Positions 40,041-48,863 of a stretch of DNA of 64,000 nucleotides are shown one piece after another (positions within the stretch are counted from its first letter, which is position 1; each line of letters begins with the position of its first letter). Source of the DNA: an uncultured Bacteroidota bacterium. Lineage in GTDB: Bacteria > Bacteroidota > Bacteroidia > Chitinophagales > Chitinophagaceae. The notes below the pieces were generated by a model, which was given only the letters and a program-made list of their open reading frames with translations, did no database searches and was not told the DNA's origin. The translations under genes were made by a program, and so were the position numbers. The stretch covers positions 296 through 64,295 of the forward strand of contig CALEZD010000079.1 in assembly GCA_937928385.1 (NCBI GenBank), in the 5' to 3' direction.

Positions 40041-41454
40041 ACAGGAACAATGAGTATATCCAGATAACCCTTCCTGTTCTCAATTGGCTATTCAATAATA
40101 TTTCCTGCGAATTTTTGAAAAATACTGCAAGCACAAAAAATACCCCGAGGTACAATAATATACGGTTGGAATAAAAAGGCTTCTCCAGCAAAGTACTGTT
40201 CCATTCGCCAAAAGATACTATGCCTGAACGGGCTAAGACACTAATCTTTTGCAAGCCTTCGGGCAATACTATACCCGTCATACCTGACATTCCTTTCAAT
40301 ACTTTTATGGCATCTTCCCAACTGTTCGCCCTGAAGAACACCCATGCAGCATTTACAAATCCAAACGTGAGCGCCCAGGAAACGAATATTGGTAGGTTCA
40401 CTTTTGTCAGCCTGAACAAACGTTCCACTATAATAGCCATACCATGCAGAAAACCCCAGAAGACAAATGTCCATGCTGCCCCGTGCCATAGCCCGCCTAG
40501 AATGAATACCACCAGGAGGTTGTACAATTCTCTGCCGAAGCCTCTTTTATTACCTCCCAATGGTATGTACAGGTAGTCGCGCAAAAACCTGCTGAGTGTA
40601 ATATGCCATCTCCTCCAGAAGTCAGCTATACCCGTTGCTTTGTATGGCGAATTGAAGTTGACCGGTATCCTGATATTGAACATCAATCCCAATCCCACTG
40701 CCATATCGCAGTATCCGCTGAAGTCATAATAGAGTTGGAAGGTATAAGACAGTGATGTTATCCATGCTTCAGCGAAGTTGAGTACAGGTGCGGTGTCAAA
40801 ACCATTGTTGGCCCATATGGCAAATGTATCTGCAATCACTACTTTCTTTACCAACCCCATCATTACCAGCAAACTGCCTCGCACCAGGTTTTCATAATTA
40901 ATATACCTGTTTTCTTTTTGTGCGAATTGTGGCAACATCTCGCCATGGTGCACAATAGGCCCGGCTATCAGTTGTGGAAAAAATGTTACGAACAATGAAT
41001 AGTTTACCAGGCTATACTCTTTTGTTTGGCCTTTGTAGCAATCTACAAGGAACGCAATGGTTTGGAAAGTAATAAAGCTGATGCCCAGTGGTAGTATTAT
41101 ATCCTGTACGCGGAATGAAGTATTCAACAGGTGATTAGCGTTATCAATAAAAAAGTTGCAATACTTATAGTACCCCAGCAATGACAGGTTAACTATCACC
41201 CCAAATATCAACAAGGCTTTCCTGCTGAGTGTTGTTTTATTTAGAGATAGCTGCCTGCCTACAATAAAATTGAACATTATGGTGAACAGCAACAGAAATA
41301 CATATACAGGGTTCCACCAACCATAAAAAACAAAAGAAGCCAACAACAGGAAAAACTTCCCATTCTCAAACGAGGTATATTTATTCAATAAGAAATAAAT
41401 AATCCACGTGAGCGGAAGAAAGACCAGTAAGAACCCGTACGAATTAAAGAGCAT
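39988..41454 (-). CDS. MBOAT-family O-acyltransferase (AlgI/DltB-like)
   Basis: 488-aa polytopic ORF with conserved FWRRWHITLSRFLRDYLYIPLGGN and WHG motifs. Confidence 0.9.
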   Translation of the reverse strand: MLFNSYGFLLVFLPLTWIIYFLLNKYTSFENGKFFLLLASFVFYGWWNPVYVFLLLFTIMFNFIVGRQLSLNKTTLSRKALLIFGVIVNLSLLGYYKYCNFFIDNANHLLNTSFRVQDIILPLGISFITFQTIAFLVDCYKGQTKEYSLVNYSLFVTFFPQLIAGPIVHHGEMLPQFAQKENRYINYENLVRGSLLVMMGLVKKVVIADTFAIWANNGFDTAPVLNFAEAWITSLSYTFQLYYDFSGYCDMAVGLGLMFNIRIPVNFNSPYKATGIADFWRRWHITLSRFLRDYLYIPLGGNKRGFGRELYNLLVVFILGGLWHGAAWTFVFWGFLHGMAIIVERLFRLTKVNLPIFVSWALTFGFVNAAWVFFRANSWEDAIKVLKGMSGMTGIVLPEGLQKISVLARSGIVSFGEWNSTLLEKPFYSNRILLYLGVFFVLAVFFKNSQEILLNSQLRTGRVIWIYSLFLFAVVLLGDNPQFLYFNF

Positions 41455-43167
41455 TTACTTAAATACTTTATCAAGAAATACGGCAAACGTCAGTAGCATG
41501 GAAACAGCATAGCCGTTTGCCGCTATAGGGCGATTGTGTAAATCATCCAGCAATTCTTTTATTTTATATCCAGGTACTAGTTCGCTCAACAATTTATTGC
41601 CTAACAATCTCTGCTCCAGGTTTATCTTTCCGTTTGGGTTCAGGTAAAATACTTCCCAGTTTCTTTGTACCGGTTTGGTTTTAGTTATAGTCCTTTGAAT
41701 TTTTTTTACAGCCCTGTACGCAACATTCCTGTTATTGAAATATTTGTAGTTATACAAATCCGCATCATACTCCTGCCAGGTAATTCTTGCCAGGTCTTCA
41801 TGATGCTGTTTCAGATAGGCTATCTGCAGTTCACGGTTCTTTGCCAAATCGCCAGGAATGGTGCAAAACAAGTCAACAATACGTTTATCGTAAAATGGCA
41901 GTACAGGCATAACAGCTGCCTGGTACATACGCAAGCTGGCAGCCGTCCACCGGAAAGACCATTGGTCAGTCTTATATATTTTCATCAGGAAGTCCGCACT
42001 GTCGATGTGGCTGTATTGCGATACGAAGGATTGAAAATAGTCGTTCAGATATGCGGAACTGTCTTTAACATGCTGCTGACAAATATTGTCCAACAGCCAT
42101 TGCGAACCTTTTTTAATGATTTTTTTTTGAAAAGCCGGAACTAAATCAGCTTTCTCCTCAATATTCATACTATCCATCCATACATCGCCCCAATGGCCGC
42201 CTACCACCACGTCGGCGTTATGTTTCAACCAATCTGTAGCAGATGCCTGACGCGTACCATCTACATACTGGAATAACTCAACCGCCTCAGCAATTTCATC
42301 CAGTTGTTCAAACAAATAATCAGGCAATTGATATGAATGTATAGGTAAATTCCTTGCTTTGGCTATTTGCCTCCCTATCTGTATTTCAGGTGAATCGGCA
42401 GTATAGCCATAACAAAGCGCCTGGAGGCTTTTATAGTGCCAACCACCTCTTGATGTCAATTCACCCGCAAGCAAACGACTGTCTAATCCCCCCGATACTG
42501 GAATGACTGTACGCTTATTGTCTGTAGCAATAGTCAAGGAGGAGTGCAGAATGCCCTTTAATTCATTAATAGAACTTTCAGCCGGTTTTTCTGTTGGCTG
42601 ATAATCCCATTGCCACCAGCGTTTTTTTTCTAACAGGTTCAGGTCAGAATCAAAGTGATAATAGCATGCGGGCTCAAATATGTTTATGCCTTGTAAGTAA
42701 GTAGTATCATTGGGGAAATAGCCCATTGCCATGAAGCCTGTAATGCCTTCCCAATTTAGTTTTTTATTCGTTTTTGCTTTTGCCAACGCCAGGTAGTTGG
42801 TGGATATGATTTTATCTTTAGACCAATATGCGTGATAACTACCCATCCGGTTGGTAAACACATATACATCGCCGGATGTTATGGCAGTAACGAATATGAT
42901 ATAGTGCCCTGCAGGGTCATTGTATTTGTTGTCAGGATTGTGGATAAAATTGACACACCTGTTGAGCAACTCCGGTTTGTCAATCTTTTCATATAACTGA
43001 CCTATCAGGACCAGTTTATGTTTTTCGTTTTCAACTTCTGTAATGAAGTCGCTATTGCCGGGCAAACTGAGCCAGGTATTGCCTGATATATGGTGCCAAT
43101 CATTATTACTACCTCGCTTGTACGATGGTGCATTACCGCCTATCCATATATCGTAAAAGGCACTCAT
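41455..43167 (-). CDS. Asparagine-synthetase-B-family amidoligase lacking the N-terminal catalytic Cys
   Basis: 570-aa ORF with PP-loop VIPVSGGLDSRLLAGE in the central domain. The N-terminus is MSAFYD rather than the MCG expected of class II glutamine amidotransferases. Confidence 0.7.
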   Translation of the reverse strand: MSAFYDIWIGGNAPSYKRGSNNDWHHISGNTWLSLPGNSDFITEVENEKHKLVLIGQLYEKIDKPELLNRCVNFIHNPDNKYNDPAGHYIIFVTAITSGDVYVFTNRMGSYHAYWSKDKIISTNYLALAKAKTNKKLNWEGITGFMAMGYFPNDTTYLQGINIFEPACYYHFDSDLNLLEKKRWWQWDYQPTEKPAESSINELKGILHSSLTIATDNKRTVIPVSGGLDSRLLAGELTSRGGWHYKSLQALCYGYTADSPEIQIGRQIAKARNLPIHSYQLPDYLFEQLDEIAEAVELFQYVDGTRQASATDWLKHNADVVVGGHWGDVWMDSMNIEEKADLVPAFQKKIIKKGSQWLLDNICQQHVKDSSAYLNDYFQSFVSQYSHIDSADFLMKIYKTDQWSFRWTAASLRMYQAAVMPVLPFYDKRIVDLFCTIPGDLAKNRELQIAYLKQHHEDLARITWQEYDADLYNYKYFNNRNVAYRAVKKIQRTITKTKPVQRNWEVFYLNPNGKINLEQRLLGNKLLSELVPGYKIKELLDDLHNRPIAANGYAVSMLLTFAVFLDKVFK

Positions 43168-44285
43168 CGGTGTTTCATCAACTTGCTATACAACGCTTCA
43201 AATTTTTGCACTTCTTTCTGAATGGTATATTCTCCATATACTTTATCCAGTGCTCTTTCAGCCAGCTCTTTCGGGTAAGATGGTTTATTGATGAACTCTC
43301 GCAGGCAATCAGCCAATGCATCTGCTTTTTCAGGTTTGAATACTAAGCCTGTTTTGCCGTGCTGTATCAAATCACGATTGCCGGCAACGTCGCTTACTAT
43401 GCAGGGCGTACCAGCTGCCATGGCCTCTAATACAGAAACCGGGCAGCCTTCTTCATGGCCCATGTAAGTAGAAGTAGGCAGTACAAAGGCATTGCTGGCA
43501 TTCAGTAAGCTATTCACATTACTATAATGACCTGCTATTTTCACCCTGTCCTGCACCCCCAGTTTTTTTATTAACGCATCCAGTTCAGCTTTGTATTCAT
43601 TATCTCTTATTGCACCAGCTATGATTACATAGGTTTGTTCCACTTTGGCAGCCGCTTTTATTAAAGTCGCCTGGTCTTTAGCACGTACTAACTGTGCTAT
43701 GCAACTTACCATTAATGCCCTGTCCGGAATGCTAAATTCCTGCCTTGCAGACATGTCATACCCGGGTTTGAACTGCTCCGTATCCACACCCCCATGTATT
43801 AAATGTGACTTGCGCTTGTATCGCTTTGATGCAAAGAATGTTTCGAACATGGTAGTATTGCGTGCCACTACTGCGCTGGAAAGCATAGTTTTTGTTTTCC
43901 ATGCTTTTCGTCCCCAGTTCATGTTCTTTTTTACATACAGGTATTTTGCACCTGCCCAGCGCGCTACCAGCGCTTCTGAAAAATCTGAAGACCAGTTGAA
44001 CGACTGCCATATATCAAAGTCAAGCGACCTGAAGTCGCGGGCGTATGCCCTTGCACTTCTTATTTTATTTGCCAGGCTGGCCTGTTCGTCCGCTACAAAG
44101 GGTTGCACCACTATGGGCATCTTTTTTGCTATCACTTCATCAAACAGTTCGCCCCCTACCTGTTGCACGCCTATCCATGCTTCAAAAAGATTCTTGTCCA
44201 GGCGCTCCGCGATATTCAGCATTTCTCTGCCGCTGCCTGCTGTAGTTAAGTTGGGCAACGCAAACAGTACTTTTATTTTTTCCAA
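43164..44285 (-). CDS. Glycosyltransferase family 4
   Basis: 373-aa ORF with motif HEEGCPVSVLEAMAAGTPCIVSDVAGNRDLI. Confidence 0.85.
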   Translation of the reverse strand: MEKIKVLFALPNLTTAGSGREMLNIAERLDKNLFEAWIGVQQVGGELFDEVIAKKMPIVVQPFVADEQASLANKIRSARAYARDFRSLDFDIWQSFNWSSDFSEALVARWAGAKYLYVKKNMNWGRKAWKTKTMLSSAVVARNTTMFETFFASKRYKRKSHLIHGGVDTEQFKPGYDMSARQEFSIPDRALMVSCIAQLVRAKDQATLIKAAAKVEQTYVIIAGAIRDNEYKAELDALIKKLGVQDRVKIAGHYSNVNSLLNASNAFVLPTSTYMGHEEGCPVSVLEAMAAGTPCIVSDVAGNRDLIQHGKTGLVFKPEKADALADCLREFINKPSYPKELAERALDKVYGEYTIQKEVQKFEALYSKLMKHR

Positions 44286-44296
44286 TTATTAACCGG

Positions 44297-45445
44297 TTAG
44301 TAATTATAGAATTTTCTGAAAGAATCCACAAATGCTTGCCTGTTGTGTTGTTCTACAACTATTTTTTTCGCTTCAGTTGCCATAGCAAATCGTTGTTCTT
44401 TATTCAAAGAATACAAATTGCTTAATGCTTCTTTCAATGCGTGTATATCTCTGGCAGGCACTACATATCCTGACTTGCCTCTTTGTATTACTTCTGCTAT
44501 ACCACCCACACCTGTTGAGATGACAGGTGTACCTGAAGCCATAGCTTCCAGCACTGCATTGGCTATTCCCTCTTCCACACTAGGCAGCAACAACACGTCA
44601 TGCTTTTCTATTTCTTTCAAAACATCATTATGCGGCAACCCATTTACTATGTGTACCTCATCATTTATATCTTGTTGATGTAGCTGGTATTGAATACTTG
44701 CAGGCGTCTTTCCTTCTGCAATCAGAGTATAGGTAAATGGGATTCCTTCTCTTTTTAACATTCCTAGCGCATCCAGGGCATATTCATATCCTTTCTTCCA
44801 AAAGAAACGCCCGACAGAAATAATACGTAACTCCGGGTGGGGTGTTTTGGGCTGTATTTCTTTTTGCAGCAATTTGTCATCCACAAAGGAATAGATGATA
44901 TTGGTAGCCTCCGGCCTTGCTCCATATTGTGCTGCCTCATTCGCAATAGCTTTGCTCACTGCATGAAACCGATGTACCCTGGGAAACAGCCGCATGTAGC
45001 TCTCTTTTATTTCCGGTGTTGTGATAGGCGTGTAGTTGATATGCGCGCCGCGCAAGCTTACTAATATTTTATGGGGATATAAATCGAACAACAAATCCCT
45101 GTTATGAATAAAGGCTGCCCACTGCACATGTATCCTGTCCGGCTTTGAATATATTATTGGCAGGTAGAACAGTAAATCGTTATACAATTGCATAATCCCC
45201 CTGCTGCTCTTTACAATCCCCACAAAATGCCTGAATCCTGTCGCTAACAATAGTCTGATAATAAACAATACTTTGGCAAACACGCGTTCAGGGATCACGA
45301 TTACCGTTACATTCTGGTGATATTTAAAAGCTCCTGTCTTTTTGCCTATGATGGTAATGTCAAAACCGTCTTCTGCCATAGCATTGACCTGTGCGTCAAT
45401 GAAAGTGGTAGAAGGAACCGAGCCTGTTAGTACAGTTATATTCAT
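44297..45445 (-). CDS. Glycosyltransferase family 4
   Basis: 382-aa ORF with WKKGYEYALDA and PSVEEGIANAVLEAMASGTPVISTGVGGIAEVI. Confidence 0.85.
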   Translation of the reverse strand: MNITVLTGSVPSTTFIDAQVNAMAEDGFDITIIGKKTGAFKYHQNVTVIVIPERVFAKVLFIIRLLLATGFRHFVGIVKSSRGIMQLYNDLLFYLPIIYSKPDRIHVQWAAFIHNRDLLFDLYPHKILVSLRGAHINYTPITTPEIKESYMRLFPRVHRFHAVSKAIANEAAQYGARPEATNIIYSFVDDKLLQKEIQPKTPHPELRIISVGRFFWKKGYEYALDALGMLKREGIPFTYTLIAEGKTPASIQYQLHQQDINDEVHIVNGLPHNDVLKEIEKHDVLLLPSVEEGIANAVLEAMASGTPVISTGVGGIAEVIQRGKSGYVVPARDIHALKEALSNLYSLNKEQRFAMATEAKKIVVEQHNRQAFVDSFRKFYNY

Positions 45446-46944
45446 GCGCTATGTATGCCGTATATCCTGTTGAAAGGTTGTTGCGCTTTAGGAAAGGTAG
45501 CGGCAAGAAAATATGAAATGGTTTTAAGTTCTTTTGGAAAGAGAAGTTTTACAAACAGGTTATATACAAGTATAACAGCAATAGCTACTATAGCTATTAT
45601 CCAAAGTGGGTATATCCCTTCAAAGATAGCAGACACATAACTGCCCGTAATTCCTAAAACAGCCACTACAGCTATAATGCTCAGGAAATAAGGATAAAGG
45701 TCTTTGTACCACCGCATGTTGGGTAATTCAACCGCGTTCATAGTCAATCTTATACGCCAGTTGTAAAATACGGCACGTACAATTACTAAAGATAAAGCCA
45801 CACCAACAATACCACCATAATAAGCTCCTATGGCAGAACCAACCAGGTGCACGGGCGTAAAAAATAAGTTGACCTTAAAAGATTCTTTATTTCTGTGGTA
45901 AGCATTCATCACGATACTGAATGAACTGGTGACTGTACGCAATGCTGAATATATTATGAGTATCTGCATGGGCAATACAGCGTCTACCCACTGTGGGCCA
46001 TACATCAGTAGTATTATAGGCTTGGCTGTCAGTAGCATGATACCCAGGAAAGGCAGCAATACGAACGAGAATGTTTTCAGGAAACTCATATAGTGATGAT
46101 AGAACTTACTTTTATCATTCACGTATTTAGGCAATACAGACGACAGGATATTATTAGACACCATTATCAGTTGCGTGGTGAAAAGTTCTGCCATCTGCAT
46201 GGCAATGTTGTAAATACCCAGCATACTCAGCCCAAGCATTTTACTTAGGATAAATTTATCTCCATGGTCAGCCATACGCCTTAACAGCCCGGAGCCTATG
46301 AGATGTTTCGTGAAGTGGTATATTTCTTTCCAGCGCTCTGTGTACAGCCTCGTACCCGGTTTTAATTTAGTTGCCCTGTAAAACACCCATGTTTGTATGG
46401 GCGTGAGCAGCAGGGTAGGTAGAATAAGACTGTATACCCCAAACCCGGCAAAAACTGCCACCAGTTTGCCTAAGGGAATAAGTATGATAAACGGAGTTTG
46501 TATCCTTACCTGTTTATCAAACATCATGTTCCTGCTCAACCATGTTTTAGGAATAACAGCCAATTGCGAAAACACGAATATCCCACCTACTATAAAACTG
46601 ATGTCTCTTATCCGAGGTTCGTTTTGAAATACTGTCCATAAAGGCACTATGAGCAGGAAAACCCCAAGCACAACAAGCGTTATGACAATATTGAACCAAA
46701 ATGCCGCCCTGAATGTTTCCTTTACATCATCTTTACGGTATGCCAGCAGATATTCGCTCAGGCCTGTAGTGCCGAATACAGATACAAGGTACAGCAATAC
46801 TTCGGTAATGCTGACCAGCCCAAAGTCGTAGGGTGTTAGCTCACGTGCCAGCACAACGATGGTGGTCAGGCCCATCAGCTTTTCCAGCATGTTGCGCTGC
46901 AATATTTTTACAAATCCTTTTGCTGCTTTTTTCCCGATACTCAT
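45442..46944 (-). CDS. MOP-superfamily polysaccharide flippase (Wzx)
   Basis: 500-aa ORF with about 12-14 TM segments and the Polysacc_synt layout. It lies inside the operon between GT and sugar-nucleotide genes. Confidence 0.8.
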   Translation of the reverse strand: MSIGKKAAKGFVKILQRNMLEKLMGLTTIVVLARELTPYDFGLVSITEVLLYLVSVFGTTGLSEYLLAYRKDDVKETFRAAFWFNIVITLVVLGVFLLIVPLWTVFQNEPRIRDISFIVGGIFVFSQLAVIPKTWLSRNMMFDKQVRIQTPFIILIPLGKLVAVFAGFGVYSLILPTLLLTPIQTWVFYRATKLKPGTRLYTERWKEIYHFTKHLIGSGLLRRMADHGDKFILSKMLGLSMLGIYNIAMQMAELFTTQLIMVSNNILSSVLPKYVNDKSKFYHHYMSFLKTFSFVLLPFLGIMLLTAKPIILLMYGPQWVDAVLPMQILIIYSALRTVTSSFSIVMNAYHRNKESFKVNLFFTPVHLVGSAIGAYYGGIVGVALSLVIVRAVFYNWRIRLTMNAVELPNMRWYKDLYPYFLSIIAVVAVLGITGSYVSAIFEGIYPLWIIAIVAIAVILVYNLFVKLLFPKELKTISYFLAATFPKAQQPFNRIYGIHSA

Positions 46945-46964
46945 ATGTATCGTTAAAGAGAGAA

Positions 46965-47537
46965 TTATTCCAGGCGGATTACTTTACCACCTTCAAGTTT
47001 ATATAGCTGTTTGCTTTCCGGGCAAACAGCAAAACCGTTATTGTCAAACTCCAGTTTGTGCCCGTACTCGCTCATCCAGCCGGATTGCCTTGCCGGGTTG
47101 CCGATTACCAGTGCATAGGGCGGTACGTCTTTAGTAATAACTGCGCCTGCGCCTATAAAGGCATATTCACCTATATTGTTGCCGCATACTATGGTTGCGT
47201 TGGCACCTATCGTTGCGCCCTTGCCTACAAATGTTGTTTCATACTTATCCCTGCGTGCCACGGCACTACGCGGGTTAGTAATATTGGTAAATACGCAGGA
47301 GGGCCCCAGAAAAACATCATCGCCGCAGGTAACCCCGGTGTATATAGATACGTTGTTCTGCACTTTTACATTGTTGCCCAACACCACACCGGGAGATATT
47401 ACTACGTTTTGGCCAATGTTACAGCCATTACCTATTGTGCTCCCGCTCATGAGATGAGAGAAGTGCCAGATTTTTGTATCAGCACCTATACTGCAATTAT
47501 CATCAATAACTGCTGTAGGATGTGCAAAAAAACTCAT
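46965..47537 (-). CDS. Left-handed beta-helix N-acetyltransferase (WbpD/WlbB-like)
   Basis: 190-aa ORF with hexapeptide repeats. Conserved strings are TKIWHFSHLMSGSTIGNGCNIGQNVVISPGV, FTNITNPRS and GNPARQSGWMSEYG, characteristic of UDP-GlcNAc3NA N-acetyltransferases. Confidence 0.85.
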   Translation of the reverse strand: MSFFAHPTAVIDDNCSIGADTKIWHFSHLMSGSTIGNGCNIGQNVVISPGVVLGNNVKVQNNVSIYTGVTCGDDVFLGPSCVFTNITNPRSAVARRDKYETTFVGKGATIGANATIVCGNNIGEYAFIGAGAVITKDVPPYALVIGNPARQSGWMSEYGHKLEFDNNGFAVCPESKQLYKLEGGKVIRLE

Positions 47538-47546
47538 TAATATAAA

Positions 47547-48839
47547 TTACAATCTTGAATCTACCTGCGACCGGTCCAGGCAGCCCTTTACATCGTAAAT
47601 GATGCCACCCGGTGCCAGCCACGCTTTCCAGTCTGTACCCAGGAATTCATTATGTGCTACTGCCAGTACCACCGCATTGTATTGTCCCTGCTCGGGTAAT
47701 TCAGTAGTGGTAGTTACACCATACTCGTGCATTACTTCATCGGTGCTTGCCCACGGATCATATACGGTCAGTGCGATGTCGTATGATTTGAGTTCAGCAA
47801 TGATATCTACCACCCGCGTGTTGCGTACATCGGGGCAGTTCTCTTTGAAAGTGATGCCCAGTACAAGTATTTTAGAGTCTTTAACCGGCATATCCCGCTT
47901 TATCATCTGCTTCACCACCTCATTGGCTATGTAGCCACCCATGCTATCGTTCAGCCTGCGGCCGGCCAGTATTATTTCCGGATGGTAGCCTACTTCCTGT
48001 GCTTTTTGCGCCAGGTAGTACGGGTCAACACCTATGCAGTGGCCGCCTACCAGTCCGGGTTTAAACGGCAGGAAATTCCATTTGGTGCCTGCCGCTGCCA
48101 ATACATCAGATGTGTCAATACCCATGCGGTTGAAAATCTTAGCCAGTTCGTTTACAAAGGCTATATTGATATCCCTCTGGGCGTTTTCAATCACTTTAGC
48201 GGCTTCAGCTACTTTTATACTTGCAGCCTTGTGCGTACCGGCGGTGATGATACTTTTATACAGTTGGTCTACCTTTTCAGCCACTTCGTCATTTGACCCC
48301 GAAGTAACTTTTTTGATTTTCGTTACGGTATGGTTTTTATCGCCGGGGTTGATGCGCTCGGGTGAATAGCCACAATAAAAATCGGTATTAAATTTCAGGC
48401 CGGATATTTTCTCTAATACAGGCACACACTCGTCTTCGGTAACACCCGGGTAAACGGTAGATTCGTACACCACAATATCACCTTTGGCTAATACTTTACC
48501 TACAGTTTCACTCGCCTTATACAATGGTGTAAGGTCGGGGCGGTTGTATTTATCCACCGGGGTGGGCACTGTCACTATATAAAAATTGCAATCAGCGATA
48601 TCTTCCAGCTTATTGGTGCAGTACAACCCTTTGTCAGAAGGTGGTGTTGATACTATGACTGCCTGCAACTCATTATCTTCTACCTCCAGTGTATTATCCT
48701 TTCCGGCCTGAAGTTCTGCAATGCGTTTCTGGTTGATGTCAAAACCTAAAGTTGGAAACTTTTTAGCAAATTCTGCCGCCAGTGGAAGGCCCACATATCC
48801 AAGGCCAATTACTGCAATTCTAATATTATTGTCTGCCAT
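47547..48839 (-). CDS. UDP-N-acetylhexosamine 6-dehydrogenase (TviB/WbpO/WbpA family)
   Basis: 430-aa ORF with N-terminal [46 protein letters not shown] and catalytic-Cys region [14 protein letters not shown]. Confidence 0.9.
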   Translation of the reverse strand: MADNNIRIAVIGLGYVGLPLAAEFAKKFPTLGFDINQKRIAELQAGKDNTLEVEDNELQAVIVSTPPSDKGLYCTNKLEDIADCNFYIVTVPTPVDKYNRPDLTPLYKASETVGKVLAKGDIVVYESTVYPGVTEDECVPVLEKISGLKFNTDFYCGYSPERINPGDKNHTVTKIKKVTSGSNDEVAEKVDQLYKSIITAGTHKAASIKVAEAAKVIENAQRDINIAFVNELAKIFNRMGIDTSDVLAAAGTKWNFLPFKPGLVGGHCIGVDPYYLAQKAQEVGYHPEIILAGRRLNDSMGGYIANEVVKQMIKRDMPVKDSKILVLGITFKENCPDVRNTRVVDIIAELKSYDIALTVYDPWASTDEVMHEYGVTTTTELPEQGQYNAVVLAVAHNEFLGTDWKAWLAPGGIIYDVKGCLDRSQVDSRL

Positions 48840-48863
48840 TGTTCAGAGTGTATATTGCCTGTG

